NCBI GenBank assembly: GCA_964639785.1
Contig: CAZXEE010000002.1
Location: 143,273-207,272 of the forward strand
Direction of reading: 5' to 3'
Origin: an uncultured Gammaproteobacteria bacterium
Lineage (GTDB): Bacteria; Patescibacteriota; Patescibacteriia; Patescibacteriales; UBA12465
DNA: 64,000 nt
Shown: piece by piece, positions 1-9,214 of the stretch
Numbering within the stretch: the first letter of the stretch is position 1
Layout of the letters: each line of letters starts with the position of its first letter
Program-made: the position numbers and the translations under genes
The notes under the pieces: model-generated
Database searches by the model: none
Seen by the model: the letters and a program-made list of their open reading frames with translations, nothing else
Told to the model about the DNA's origin: nothing

Positions 1-1
1 C

Positions 2-184
2 CTTTATTTCCTGTTTTATCTAAGCGCTTTTTTGTCTGATGGAAAATTCTTTTTGTGGCAGGCTAATTTTTGGCAAGGATTGGGATTAGAATTGGCTTGG
101 AACCTGGGGATAGTCTTCTTGTTCTTCTGGGTAATGAATCTGACCACTACCAAACTCAAGCCGGTTTTCTTGGATAAGCGCTAG
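2..184 (+). CDS. 3' end of an unidentified hydrophobic protein that starts upstream of the window
   Basis: Frame 2 is open from the window edge to TAG at 182-184 (...FLWQANFWQGLGLELAWNLGIVFLFFWVMNLTTTKLKPVFLDKR). Hydrophobic, no family recognised. Absent from the ORF track because it has no in-window start. Confidence 0.3.
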   Translation, partial: LYFLFYLSAFLSDGKFFLWQANFWQGLGLELAWNLGIVFLFFWVMNLTTTKLKPVFLDKR

Positions 185-189
185 AATTG

Positions 190-198
190 TGCTATAAT
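190..198 (+). promoter_or_regulatory. Extended -10 promoter element TGCTATAAT upstream of the PfkB kinase gene
   Basis: TTGTGCTATAAT lies 25 nt before ATG 224. The same 12-mer recurs at 25276-25287, and TGCTATAAT recurs on the minus strand at 19369-19377. Confidence 0.5.
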
Positions 199-223
199 TT
201 TAAAGAATTATTTAAATATCTTT

Positions 224-1222
224 ATGAAATACGATGTTATCACTATCGGTGGAGCGACTGAAGATTTTTCTTTCTATACCCATGAAGGCTTGCTTTTGGA
301 AAGCCAGAAGGATGTCTTGCATCAGAAATTGATCGCTTTCGAATATGGCGCCAAGATCGGGATTGATCGGGTCTATTCTACTTTTGGCGGCGGTGCGGCC
401 AATACGGCAGTCAATCTGAGCGGTTTAGGCTTCAAGACGGCGATTATCTCTTGCTTGGGCGGCGATGAACGGGGTCGTGATATTATCCGCAATCTCAAGG
501 ATCGGAAGGTAAATACCAGTTTGGTTAAGATTGCCAGGAAAGATACTAGCGGCTTTTCTTTCATAGTTATTAACAAAGGTAATGAACGGATCATTTTTTC
601 CCATCGGGGTGCTAATGTCGAGCTTCGTCTAGGAGTTAAGGATGTCTCAATGTTGAAACAGGCTAGATGGACTTATATCGCTTCTTTGTCTGGTGATTAT
701 TGGCAGGAAACCTTGGAAAAGATATTCTCGGTTTCTGGAACTAAGAAAATCTGGAATCCGGGAGAATCACAATTGCATGGCGGTGTCCGGAAGATTTCTA
801 AATTTCTGAAGAAGACCGACATTTTCTGTGTTAACCAGGATGAAGCGGTGGAATTAGTGCTCAGCACAGGGAAGTATAAGGCTGATGATTTCAAATTCTT
901 GAACAATATCAAAAACTTACTGTTGACGATTAAGTCTTTCGGTCCGAAGATGGTGGTTATTACTAATGGCAAGAAGGGAGCTGATTTCTATGATGGAGTT
1001 AATTTCTATCACCAGAATATTATCAAGGGCCAGAAGCGTCTGGATACTACCGGTGTCGGTGATGCTTTCCATTCTTCTTTCTTGGCCGGACTGGAAATGT
1101 ATGATGGCGATGTCAAACGGGCAATGCTTTTGGGAGTTCATAATACGGCCGCGGTTGTTTCGGAAATCGGAGCTCAAAATGGCCTGTTGATCAAATCTGA
1201 TTTAAAAAAATGTAAGATATAA
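224..1222 (+). CDS. PfkB-family carbohydrate/nucleoside kinase (ribokinase-like)
   Basis: 332 aa. N-terminal GGGAANTAV and C-terminal DTTGVGDAF match PfkB signatures 1 and 2. Confidence 0.8.
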   Translation: MKYDVITIGGATEDFSFYTHEGLLLESQKDVLHQKLIAFEYGAKIGIDRVYSTFGGGAANTAVNLSGLGFKTAIISCLGGDERGRDIIRNLKDRKVNTSLVKIARKDTSGFSFIVINKGNERIIFSHRGANVELRLGVKDVSMLKQARWTYIASLSGDYWQETLEKIFSVSGTKKIWNPGESQLHGGVRKISKFLKKTDIFCVNQDEAVELVLSTGKYKADDFKFLNNIKNLLLTIKSFGPKMVVITNGKKGADFYDGVNFYHQNIIKGQKRLDTTGVGDAFHSSFLAGLEMYDGDVKRAMLLGVHNTAAVVSEIGAQNGLLIKSDLKKCKI

Positions 1223-1226
1223 TAAT

Positions 1227-1679
1227 ATGATCGAAGGAGTTATTATCAAAGATTTGAAAAAATATAGCGATGATCGAGGCTGGTTAGCCGAAGTCTATCG
1301 CCAGGACGAAGACAAATATCAGCCGGCAATGTCTTACATCAGCTATACCAATAACGGAATTTCTCGCGGTCCGCATGAGCATGTCCATCAGAGTGATCTC
1401 TTCGTCTTTGCCGGACCGGGTGATTTTGAACTTCATTTATGGGATAGAAGAGAAAATTCAGCGACTAATGGCGAATATTTCAAGTCAGTGGTCGGGGAAT
1501 CCAATCCTTGCGCGGTAATCGTTCCTCCGGGAGTGGTTCATGGTTACAAGTGCGTTTCAGCCAATGGCGCTTTTTCTGTCAATTTACCGGACAAATTATA
1601 TAAAGGTGAGAACAAGTCGGAGGAGATCGATGAGATCCGTTGGGAAATCGACCCTAATTCGCCTTATAAAATAGCTTAA
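1227..1679 (+). CDS. Cupin-fold sugar-nucleotide epimerase-like protein (dTDP-4-dehydrorhamnose 3,5-epimerase family, short form)
   Basis: 150 aa. Has DDRGWLAEVYRQ and a PPGVVHGY cupin core. Shorter than canonical RmlC. Confidence 0.55.
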   Translation: MIEGVIIKDLKKYSDDRGWLAEVYRQDEDKYQPAMSYISYTNNGISRGPHEHVHQSDLFVFAGPGDFELHLWDRRENSATNGEYFKSVVGESNPCAVIVPPGVVHGYKCVSANGAFSVNLPDKLYKGENKSEEIDEIRWEIDPNSPYKIA

Positions 1680-1683
1680 ATTT

Positions 1684-2085
1684 ATGGATTGCATATTTTG
1701 CAAGATAATCGCCGGTGAGATTCCGGCTTATAAAGTCTATGAAGATGATGAATCTATCGCCTTCTTGGATGTCAGTCCGGTTAATCCGGGCCATACCTTG
1801 GTAATGCCTAAGAAGCATTTTGCTAACTTCGAAGAAGTTCCGGAGGATGTTTTGGGGGCTGTCCTGAGAACGGTCAAGAAGGTGGGGAAGAGCTTGAAAG
1901 ATAATTTAGGGATTTTGGGTTATAATGTTTACGAGAACAATGATCCGGTTGCTGGCCAGCTTGTCCATCATCTCCATTTCCATGTCATCCCTCGGCATGA
2001 ATCCGATGGTCTGCAGCTTTGGCATGGGGGAAAGTATGAATTGAATCAGGCAGAAGAGGTTGCAGCCAAGATAAAAATCAATTAA
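1684..2085 (+). CDS. HIT (histidine triad) family nucleotide hydrolase/transferase
   Basis: 133 aa. CIFCKI N-terminus and the histidine triad HHLHFHVIPR. Confidence 0.9.
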   Translation: MDCIFCKIIAGEIPAYKVYEDDESIAFLDVSPVNPGHTLVMPKKHFANFEEVPEDVLGAVLRTVKKVGKSLKDNLGILGYNVYENNDPVAGQLVHHLHFHVIPRHESDGLQLWHGGKYELNQAEEVAAKIKIN

Positions 2086-2115
2086 ACAAAATAGATTAAA
2101 ATTAAATCTAAACTT

Positions 2116-2553
2116 ATGTCTAAAAAAGTTTTTATAATCGAGGATGAAGAAAGTATCTTATACGGTTTGCAGGATCATTTTACCTCTGACGGCTATGATG
2201 TCGAAATCAGTGCCGCTGACGAAGAGTTGGAGGATTTGTTAAATCGGATCAAGGCGACTAAGCCGGGATATGTTATCTTGGATTTGGTTTTGCCAAAATT
2301 GGATGGTTTGGAAATCTTGAAGAGAATCAAGAATGATGATGAAACATCTGATGTTCAAGTCCTGATCTTTACTGATTTAAGTGATGAGGATTCCAAGACT
2401 CGCAGCGTCGGTTTGGGGGCTAATTATTATTTCTTGAAGAGTGAATTGGATGTCGATGAATTCGTTTCTCATGTTGAGAAAATCATTGAAAATAAGCAAG
2501 TAGATGATAGTTCAGCTGATGATGCCGAAGAGAATGATTTAGTTTTAGAGTAG
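2116..2553 (+). CDS. Stand-alone response-regulator receiver domain with an acidic C-terminal tail
   Basis: 145 aa. IIEDEE, the phospho-acceptor context ILDLVLPKLDG and LIFTDL match CheY-like receivers. No output domain, and no histidine kinase in the window. Confidence 0.8.
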   Translation: MSKKVFIIEDEESILYGLQDHFTSDGYDVEISAADEELEDLLNRIKATKPGYVILDLVLPKLDGLEILKRIKNDDETSDVQVLIFTDLSDEDSKTRSVGLGANYYFLKSELDVDEFVSHVEKIIENKQVDDSSADDAEENDLVLE

Positions 2554-2566
2554 TTGAATCAAATTA

Positions 2567-2595
2567 TTGACATAATTCAGCCCGCTTGCTATTAT
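2567..2595 (+). promoter_or_regulatory. Sigma70-type promoter of the marR-efflux operon (TTGACA-17-TATTAT)
   Basis: TTGACA at 2567-2572, a 17-nt spacer, then TATTAT at 2590-2595. It lies 35 nt before ATG 2631. Confidence 0.6.
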
Positions 2596-2629
2596 TTAGA
2601 ATATCTAACTATTATAGTTTCTAAATAAT
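2591..2629. promoter_or_regulatory. Perfect 11-bp inverted repeat (candidate MarR operator) overlapping the -10 box
   Basis: ATTATTTAGAA (2591-2601) and TTCTAAATAAT (2619-2629) are exact reverse complements 17 bp apart. The repeat sits between the -10 box and the marR start codon. Confidence 0.55.
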
Positions 2630-2630
2630 T

Positions 2631-3044
2631 ATGACAAGCCGGATTACTAAAGATTTGATCTGTTCCATTTTTAATGCCGGACAAGTCTTGCGAGAAAGAG
2701 TTAGGGAAGAAAGCAATTTGACCGATTGCTCTTTTTTGCATATGCATACTTTGCATTATGTAGAGGAGAACGGTTCGGCCAATATGAAAGAAATCGCTAA
2801 TTTTTTGCATATTTCTCCGCCTTCAGCTACTTCCGTGGTTAATTCTTTGGTAAAGCGGGGTTTTATCATACGAATCGGAGATGAATCTGACCGCCGGGCG
2901 ATAAGGCTGCAGATTACTGAGACTGGGAGAAAACTGTTGCATGATAGCTTCAAAAGGATGACGGGGATAATCGAAAAGCATATAAACCAGTTGAGCGAAT
3001 CGGAAAAGGAGTCATTCTTATCAATCTTACATAAAATTTCTTAA
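2631..3044 (+). CDS. MarR-family transcriptional regulator
   Basis: 137 aa. Winged-helix pattern (MKEIANFLHISPPSATSVVNSLVKRGFIIR...DRRAIRLQITETG) typical of MarR. First gene of the efflux operon. Confidence 0.8.
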   Translation: MTSRITKDLICSIFNAGQVLRERVREESNLTDCSFLHMHTLHYVEENGSANMKEIANFLHISPPSATSVVNSLVKRGFIIRIGDESDRRAIRLQITETGRKLLHDSFKRMTGIIEKHINQLSESEKESFLSILHKIS

Positions 3045-3066
3045 AATATTTAATCAAATAATCAAT

Positions 3067-4869
3067 ATGAAAAAGAAAAAGAAATGGATAATAATCATTA
3101 TCATAGTCATTCTCGCCGGTGCCGGGATTTATTTCTGGTCTAAGAATAGTCAGCCTAAGGCGGAATATACTACCGTCGAATTGAAAAAGGGTAATTTAGT
3201 CCAGACTGTCAGCGAAGTCGGCACGGTTAAGGCCAAGAAAGAATTAGAGCTCAATTTCCCTCAGATGGGGAAGTTGAGTAAAGTCGGGGTCAAAGTGGGA
3301 GACTTGGTCAAAAAAGATCAGGTGTTAGCTGAATTGGATCAGAGTTCTTTGCTGATCAAGCAGCAAGAAGCTATGTCTGCTTTGAATGTCGCTCGAGCCA
3401 ACCTAAGCAAACTTTTGGCCGGTTCGACTCCGAGTGAGATCGCTGTTTATGAATCCCAAGCTAATTCTGCCAAGATTTCTTATCAAGCTGCTTTAGAGGA
3501 CTATAATAAGACCAAGGATAGTGTCGATGAAACCATCGCTCAGGCTCAGAAGAAATTGTCTGATTTGCAATCCAGCGACCCATCTGTAAATTCTTATCAG
3601 CAATCTATTAATAATAATCGGGATAGTTTGATTACCACGATGGATTCCAAGATCGTAGCTGCTGGCGTAGCTTTGGATTACGCTAATCGGATTCTGAGCG
3701 ATAACGATATCAAGAATTTCTTAAGCATCAAGAATACCATCTATCTATTCAATACCGATACCTATTATGACCAGTCTCTAGTCTTGAAATCAACTGCGAT
3801 CAATGATTTGGATTCGGCTAGGAGTAATCCGACCGATGCTAATATCAACAAGGCGGTGAAGAGCTCTTTGAGTTATCTGAATAGCACTTTCCAGACCATG
3901 AATAATCTTTTTAATGTCTTGGAAAATTCGATCACTTCCTCAACCTTCACTCAGACTACTTTGGAAACTTTCAAGACTAATGTTAATTCCCACATCGGTA
4001 TCGTTAATTCCGGTATTTCAGCTGTACAGACAGCTGACCATACTTTGAAGAATTCAACTATATCTTTGGCTGATGCTATTAAGACCGCTCAGAATAGCTT
4101 GAATTCGGCCCAGACCAGCGGTCGCCAGCAATTGGCTTCAGCCCAGTCCCGCATAGATACCAGCCGGGAAGCTTGGGATGTTGCCCAGAAACAATTAGCT
4201 AAGGTAAAGACTTCGGCTCGGATCGAGGATGTCGTCTTGTCTAAGGCTCAAGTGTCTCAAGCTGAAGCTAATCTGGAGTTGATCAAGAAGCAGGTAACCG
4301 ATAATGTTATTTCCGCACCGATGGACGGTCAGATCACTAAGATCAATTATGAAATCGGCGAACAGGTTAATTCTTCCAAGGCGGTAATCGCTATGTTGAC
4401 TGAGAATAATTTTGAAATTGAAGTTGATATTTCTGAGTCAGATATCTTTAAGGTCAAGACTAATGACCAGGTGACTATTACCTTTGATGCTTTCGGTGAG
4501 AGCCGCAAGTTCCAAGGCGTAGTCTATTTCATCGAACCGGCTTCGACTTCCATTCAGGACGTCATTTATTATAAGGTCAAGATCAAGCTGACCGATGATG
4601 GCGAGACAGTAAAGGATATCAAGTCTGGCATGACTGCTAATGTCACTATTACCACTAATAGCAAAGAAAATGTCTTGGCTGTTCCATCCCGCGCTATCTT
4701 GGAAAAAGCCGGGGATGGCAAGTTTACTCGAGTTTTGCGGGCTAATAATCAAGTGGAGGAAATTCCGGTTAGCGTCGGCTTGAGCGGCAATGAAGGCATG
4801 GTAGAAGTAATCTCTGACCAGTTGAAAGAAGGGGATGCTATCATTACTTTCGTTAAGAATGGAAAATAA
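3067..4869 (+). CDS. HlyD/MacA-type periplasmic adaptor (membrane fusion protein) with an unusually long helical hairpin
   Basis: 600 aa. N-terminal TM anchor, lipoyl-like halves (KVGDLVKKDQVLAELD ... ISAPMDGQITKINYEIGEQV), a C-terminal beta-barrel and membrane-proximal region, and about 300 aa of Ala/Ser/Gln-rich helical insert. Confidence 0.75.
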   Translation: MKKKKKWIIIIIIVILAGAGIYFWSKNSQPKAEYTTVELKKGNLVQTVSEVGTVKAKKELELNFPQMGKLSKVGVKVGDLVKKDQVLAELDQSSLLIKQQEAMSALNVARANLSKLLAGSTPSEIAVYESQANSAKISYQAALEDYNKTKDSVDETIAQAQKKLSDLQSSDPSVNSYQQSINNNRDSLITTMDSKIVAAGVALDYANRILSDNDIKNFLSIKNTIYLFNTDTYYDQSLVLKSTAINDLDSARSNPTDANINKAVKSSLSYLNSTFQTMNNLFNVLENSITSSTFTQTTLETFKTNVNSHIGIVNSGISAVQTADHTLKNSTISLADAIKTAQNSLNSAQTSGRQQLASAQSRIDTSREAWDVAQKQLAKVKTSARIEDVVLSKAQVSQAEANLELIKKQVTDNVISAPMDGQITKINYEIGEQVNSSKAVIAMLTENNFEIEVDISESDIFKVKTNDQVTITFDAFGESRKFQGVVYFIEPASTSIQDVIYYKVKIKLTDDGETVKDIKSGMTANVTITTNSKENVLAVPSRAILEKAGDGKFTRVLRANNQVEEIPVSVGLSGNEGMVEVISDQLKEGDAIITFVKNGK

Positions 4870-4873
4870 AAAT

Positions 4874-5587
4874 ATGTTGATTTCTATCCGTGATCTAAAG
4901 AAGGACTATGTTACAGGAGACGTTGTGACCAGCGTTCTCCATGGTTTGTCGTTTAATATTGATAAAGGCGAATTCGTTTCTATCATGGGTCCGTCCGGAT
5001 CGGGCAAGAGTACCTTGATGCATATCTTGGGACTTTTGGACCGGTCGACTTCTGGGCAATATATCTTGGAAGGGAAGGATGTCTCTACATTGAATGATAA
5101 TCAGTTGGCCCAGTTCCGGAATGACAAGATCGGTTTCGTGTTCCAGGCCTTTAATCTATTGCCTCGGACTACGGTTCTGGAAAATGTGAAATTACCTTTA
5201 ATCTATTCTGATCATCGCCATGATTCCGATGCTCGGGCTAAAGAGGTTTTAGAGAGCGTTGGCTTGGGACATCGCTTGGAATATCATACTAACCAGATTT
5301 CTGGCGGTGAGAAACAGCGTGTCGCTATCGCTCGGGCCTTGGTTAACGAGCCGTCGGTGATCTTCGCCGACGAGCCGACCGGCAACTTGGATTCCAAGTC
5401 TGGCACCCAGATCATGGAGATCCTGCAGAAGCTGAATGATGCCGGCAATACTATTATTTTGGTTACTCATGAAACTTATACTGCAGAGCATGCTAAACGT
5501 ATCCTGCGAATCAAGGATGGTCTAATTGTCAGCGATGAGCTGGTGGCTAAACGTCGTTTTGCCAGGGATGGTGAATTGATAAAATAA
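4874..5587 (+). CDS. ABC transporter ATP-binding protein, MacB/LolD/FtsE-like
   Basis: Walker [10 protein letters not shown], signature [15 protein letters not shown] and Walker [13 protein letters not shown]. The track start at 4835 overlaps the adaptor gene; ATG 4874 ([10 protein letters not shown]) is the likely start. Confidence 0.9.
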   Translation: MLISIRDLKKDYVTGDVVTSVLHGLSFNIDKGEFVSIMGPSGSGKSTLMHILGLLDRSTSGQYILEGKDVSTLNDNQLAQFRNDKIGFVFQAFNLLPRTTVLENVKLPLIYSDHRHDSDARAKEVLESVGLGHRLEYHTNQISGGEKQRVAIARALVNEPSVIFADEPTGNLDSKSGTQIMEILQKLNDAGNTIILVTHETYTAEHAKRILRIKDGLIVSDELVAKRRFARDGELIK

Positions 5588-5593
5588 TTTTAT

Positions 5594-6838
5594 ATGGTTT
5601 TTCCGGTCAAAGAATCGATTAGGATTTCAGTCAAAGCGCTCCTGGCCAATAAGGGTCGGAGCTTTTTGACTATGCTCGGCATTATTATCGGTGTTGGAGC
5701 CGTAGTCCTGATTATTTCTTTGGGAGCCGGAGCTCAGAGCTTGATTCTGGATCAGATCAAGAGCACTGGCAGCAATTTGGTCGGAGTTTTGCCGGGCAAG
5801 TCCGAATCCAATGGTCCGCCAGCTACAGCTATGGGCGTGGTCATTACTACTTTGGTTGACGAGGATATGGAGGCTGTTAAAAAATTACCTCACGTTGTTT
5901 CAGCGGCTGGTTATTCCCGGTCTTTAGCCACGGCTACCTGGCGGGATAATAGTTATGAAGCGAATATCAATGGCGCTTCCTCCGGCTATCTGGATACCGA
6001 GGGCGGTGAAGTGGCTCAGGGCCGTTTTTTCACCGATGAAGAAGATAAGAATATGGCTCGGGTGGTGGTCTTGGGATCGACAGTGAAGAAAGAATTATTC
6101 GGTGACTCCGATGCTGTCGGCCGTCAGATAAAGATCAAGAAGCAAGTCTTCGAAGTTGTCGGAGTTATGGCGGAAAGAGGCAAAGTCTTATTTGTCGATT
6201 ATGACGACCAGATTCATGTCCCATTGCGCGCTACTCAGAAATTAATCAGTGGCGTCAATTATTTGAGTTTTTTGCGGGCTAAAGTCGACAGTGAAGAGAA
6301 TGTCGATGAAGTCATTTCTAATATAGAATACTTATTGCGTGATCGTCATGATATAACTGATGATAGCGGAGCCGATGATGATTTTTCTGTTAGGAGCATG
6401 GCTCAAGCTTTGGATATGATAACTACCATTACCAATGCTCTCCGGTATTTCTTGATTGCTATGGCTGCTATATCTTTGATTGTCGGCGGAATCGGTATTA
6501 TGAATATTATGTTGATTAGCGTTAATGAGAGAACTCGAGAAATCGGTTTACGGAAAGCGGTCGGAGCTAATAATAATAATATCATTTCTCAATTCTTGTT
6601 GGAGGCGGTTACCTTAACTTTGATCGGCGGAACTATCGGGGTCATCTTCGGCATATTCTTGTCCTGGCTGGTCTATCTGGTGGTTAATAGTTTGGGTTAT
6701 AATTATAGCTTTGTCGTTACTTTCTCCTCTATCCTCTTAGCTTTATCAGTCTCTACATTTATCGGCTTAATCTTCGGTATCTATCCGGCGCGGAAAGCGA
6801 GCCGTTTGGAGCCGGTTGAAGCTCTAAGTTATGAATAA
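5594..6838 (+). CDS. MacB-type ABC permease (FtsX domain), paralog 1
   Basis: 414 aa. N-terminal TM, a large extracytoplasmic MacB_PCD-like domain, a C-terminal FtsX 3-TM bundle, and ERTREIGLRKAVGA. Confidence 0.85.
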   Translation: MVFPVKESIRISVKALLANKGRSFLTMLGIIIGVGAVVLIISLGAGAQSLILDQIKSTGSNLVGVLPGKSESNGPPATAMGVVITTLVDEDMEAVKKLPHVVSAAGYSRSLATATWRDNSYEANINGASSGYLDTEGGEVAQGRFFTDEEDKNMARVVVLGSTVKKELFGDSDAVGRQIKIKKQVFEVVGVMAERGKVLFVDYDDQIHVPLRATQKLISGVNYLSFLRAKVDSEENVDEVISNIEYLLRDRHDITDDSGADDDFSVRSMAQALDMITTITNALRYFLIAMAAISLIVGGIGIMNIMLISVNERTREIGLRKAVGANNNNIISQFLLEAVTLTLIGGTIGVIFGIFLSWLVYLVVNSLGYNYSFVVTFSSILLALSVSTFIGLIFGIYPARKASRLEPVEALSYE

Positions 6839-8090
6839 TGTTATCACTTCAATCAAGATTTCTTTACGGTCGATGGTGTCCAATAAGTCGCGGACATTAT
6901 TGACTGTTTTAGGTATCGCGATCGGTATTGCTAGTGTCATTATCGTCTATTCAGCGGGTGAGGGAATTCGAGGGTTATTAGTTGACCAGCTGCAATCTTT
7001 CGGCACTAATATTATCCAGACTGAGGTTCGGGTGCCAACCGGGAAGAAGGGCAGTTCCGGAGAAACGGATAGTGCGATGGCTATCGCTTCCGGCGTGCAG
7101 GTTACAACTATGACGCTTGAGGATGTGGATGACGTAAAGAAGTTGAATAATATCAGCGGCGGTTATGGCGCTGTATTGAGCCAAGAAAAAGTCAGCTATG
7201 GCAATGAGTCTCGCAAGTCCTTCATTTTCGGCGTCAGTGCTGATTATGCTCAGATCGACAAGATGGAAATCGCTCAGGGTAATTTTTTCAGCGATGAGGA
7301 GGATAAATCATTGGTTCAGGTGGTGGTTCTGGGTAGTAAGATGAAAGAGAAACTGTTTGGCGATTCTGATCCGATCGGAAAATATATTACTTTGCGCAAA
7401 TCAAAGTTCAAGGTAATCGGAGTGGCTAAGCCTAAGGGCGCGGTGATGAGCATGGACTTTGATGATTACGTTTATGTTCCGATCAGGACTTTGCAGAAGA
7501 AAATCATGGGTATCGATTATCTGATGTATATGGTCCATGAATTCGTCGATGAGAAGGCTGTGGCGGATACGGCGGAAGAGATAAAATATATCTTGCGCGA
7601 GAATCATGATATCAGCGATCCGAGCAAGGATGATTTCCGGGTTTCTACCATGGAAGACATGATGCAGACCTTGAATACGGTTACCGATGCTATCACTTGG
7701 CTGCTTTTGGCTATTGTCATCATCTCTTTGATCGTTGGCGGCGTCGGCATCTTGAATGTGATGTATGTCATAGTGAGTGAGAGAACGGCAGAAATCGGAT
7801 TGAGGAAGGCTATAGGGGCGAATTACAATAATATCATGATCCAGTTCTTGGTGGAGGCAGTGCTGATCACTTTGGTCGGGGCAATATTGGGTATTATCGG
7901 CGGCGTGTTGTTTTCATGGCTAATTAGCGTGGGAGCGAATCTGGCCGGTTTTAATTGGACTTTCTCTGTGCCTTTGAAAGCTTTTGTGATTTCCTTGATT
8001 TTTGCCTTTACTTGTGGTATTTCTTTTGGTGTCTATCCGGCCAAAAGAGCGGCCAGTTTGGATCCGATCGAGGCTTTGCGGAAAGAATAA
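6831..8090 (+). CDS. MacB-type ABC permease (FtsX domain), paralog 2
   Basis: 419 aa. Same architecture (ERTAEIGLRKAIGA). Its start overlaps the previous stop (ATGAATAA), implying translational coupling. Confidence 0.85.
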   Translation: MNNVITSIKISLRSMVSNKSRTLLTVLGIAIGIASVIIVYSAGEGIRGLLVDQLQSFGTNIIQTEVRVPTGKKGSSGETDSAMAIASGVQVTTMTLEDVDDVKKLNNISGGYGAVLSQEKVSYGNESRKSFIFGVSADYAQIDKMEIAQGNFFSDEEDKSLVQVVVLGSKMKEKLFGDSDPIGKYITLRKSKFKVIGVAKPKGAVMSMDFDDYVYVPIRTLQKKIMGIDYLMYMVHEFVDEKAVADTAEEIKYILRENHDISDPSKDDFRVSTMEDMMQTLNTVTDAITWLLLAIVIISLIVGGVGILNVMYVIVSERTAEIGLRKAIGANYNNIMIQFLVEAVLITLVGAILGIIGGVLFSWLISVGANLAGFNWTFSVPLKAFVISLIFAFTCGISFGVYPAKRAASLDPIEALRKE

Positions 8091-8128
8091 TTTTTATAAA
8101 TAAAATATTATAAACTAACTACAAAAAT

Positions 8129-8881
8129 ATGCCGCTATACTGGCTATTAATCGTTTTGATCGTGTTCTTCGTTGTCTGTTTGAAGCAGATCAACCAATAT
8201 GAGCGTGGAGTCAAATTTACCATGGGAAAATTTTCCGGAGTCATGGAGCCAGGCTGGAAGATCTTGATTCCAGTTTTTCAAACCTTTCAGAAAGTCGATA
8301 TGCGTATCAAGGCCGTTGACGTTCCGGACCAGAGAGCTATCACCAAGGATAACGTGCCGGTAACCGTTAATGCCGTTATCTATTACAAGATTGCCGATCC
8401 AGCTAAAGCGATTATCGAAGTGGAAAATTTTTATTACGCCATTTCCCAATATGCTCAGACTACTATGAGAAATATCGTGGGCGAGGTCACTTTAGATGAG
8501 TTATTATCCCAACGCGACAAGATTGCTGACCGTATTCGGGAGATTGTCGATAAGGAAACTGATGAGTGGGGCTTGAAGGTTAATAATGTCGAGTTGAAGG
8601 ATGTCTCTTTGCCGGAATCAATGGAAAGGACTATCGCCAAGCAGGCTGAGGCGGAAAGAGAGAAGAGGGCAGTGATCATCAATTCTGAAGGTGAAGTGGC
8701 TGCCTCCGAGAACATCGCTAAAGCGGCTAATATCTTGTCAGCTTCGACCGGTGCCCTTCATCTGAGAACTTTGCAGTCTATTAATGACTTATCTTCCGAT
8801 CAATCTAATACTGTAGTCTTCGTGACCCCAGTAGAAATCTTGAAAGCTTTTGAGGGTTTTACCAAGAAGATTGAGAAATAA
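8129..8881 (+). CDS. SPFH/band-7 (stomatin/prohibitin-like) membrane protein
   Basis: 250 aa. N-terminal TM, then QYERGVKFTMGKF ... TKDNVPVTVNAVIYYKI ... and a C-terminal AEAEREKRA coiled coil. Confidence 0.85.
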   Translation: MPLYWLLIVLIVFFVVCLKQINQYERGVKFTMGKFSGVMEPGWKILIPVFQTFQKVDMRIKAVDVPDQRAITKDNVPVTVNAVIYYKIADPAKAIIEVENFYYAISQYAQTTMRNIVGEVTLDELLSQRDKIADRIREIVDKETDEWGLKVNNVELKDVSLPESMERTIAKQAEAEREKRAVIINSEGEVAASENIAKAANILSASTGALHLRTLQSINDLSSDQSNTVVFVTPVEILKAFEGFTKKIEK

Positions 8882-8908
8882 TTTTTGCTATTTTTAGATA
8901 TTCAAAAA

Positions 8909-8935
8909 AAGACCAGATTTCACCTGGTCTTTTTT
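8909..8935 (+). terminator. Rho-independent terminator after the SPFH gene
   Basis: AAGACCAG / CTGGTCTT stem with a 7-nt loop, followed by a T-run. Confidence 0.7.
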
Positions 8936-8937
8936 GC

Positions 8938-8966
8938 TTGACTTGGGGCTAATCTTTTGTTAAACT
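8938..8966 (+). promoter_or_regulatory. Candidate promoter of the toxin-antitoxin pair (TTGACT-17-TAAACT)
   Basis: Hexamers at 8938-8943 and 8961-8966 with a 17-nt spacer, directly after the terminator. Confidence 0.4.
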
Positions 8967-8995
8967 AAAGATAACTTTTTATTAACCCAAAAAAT

Positions 8996-9211
8996 ATGGA
9001 AAATCTAATTGCTTTAAAGGACCTGCGTCTTAATATGGAAAAATATGCTACTAAAGTTAAATCCGGGCAGTCTTTTATCGTGCTGAAGCAAAGCAAGCCG
9101 ATATTCAAGATAGCGCCAGTTTCTGAGGAGGCTGAGTGGGAGGAGGTTATTGATTTTACTAAGATAAAAAAGGGCGGTGTCAATATTGACGAATTATTGT
9201 CTCGTCTTTAA
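8996..9211 (+). CDS. Type II antitoxin, Phd/YefM-like
   Basis: 71 aa. The N-terminus (LKDLRLNMEKYATKVKSGQSFIVLKQSKPIFKIAP) resembles Phd/YefM antitoxins. Its stop lies 3 nt before the toxin start. Confidence 0.6.
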   Translation: MENLIALKDLRLNMEKYATKVKSGQSFIVLKQSKPIFKIAPVSEEAEWEEVIDFTKIKKGGVNIDELLSRL

Positions 9212-9214
9212 TCT

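Noticed and set aside
4835-4873. Upstream start codons proposed by the ORF track: 4835 (ABC ATPase), 15047 (pilin 1), 25259 (murC), 32585 (rpoA), 35093 (pilin 2), 39386 (rpmB), 52205 (rplE), 55558 (secY) and 19364 (GT2)
   Set aside because: The extra residues overlap the preceding gene, lie inside a repeat or hairpin, or have no counterpart in homolog N-termini. Downstream ATG codons that match family N-termini were used instead.
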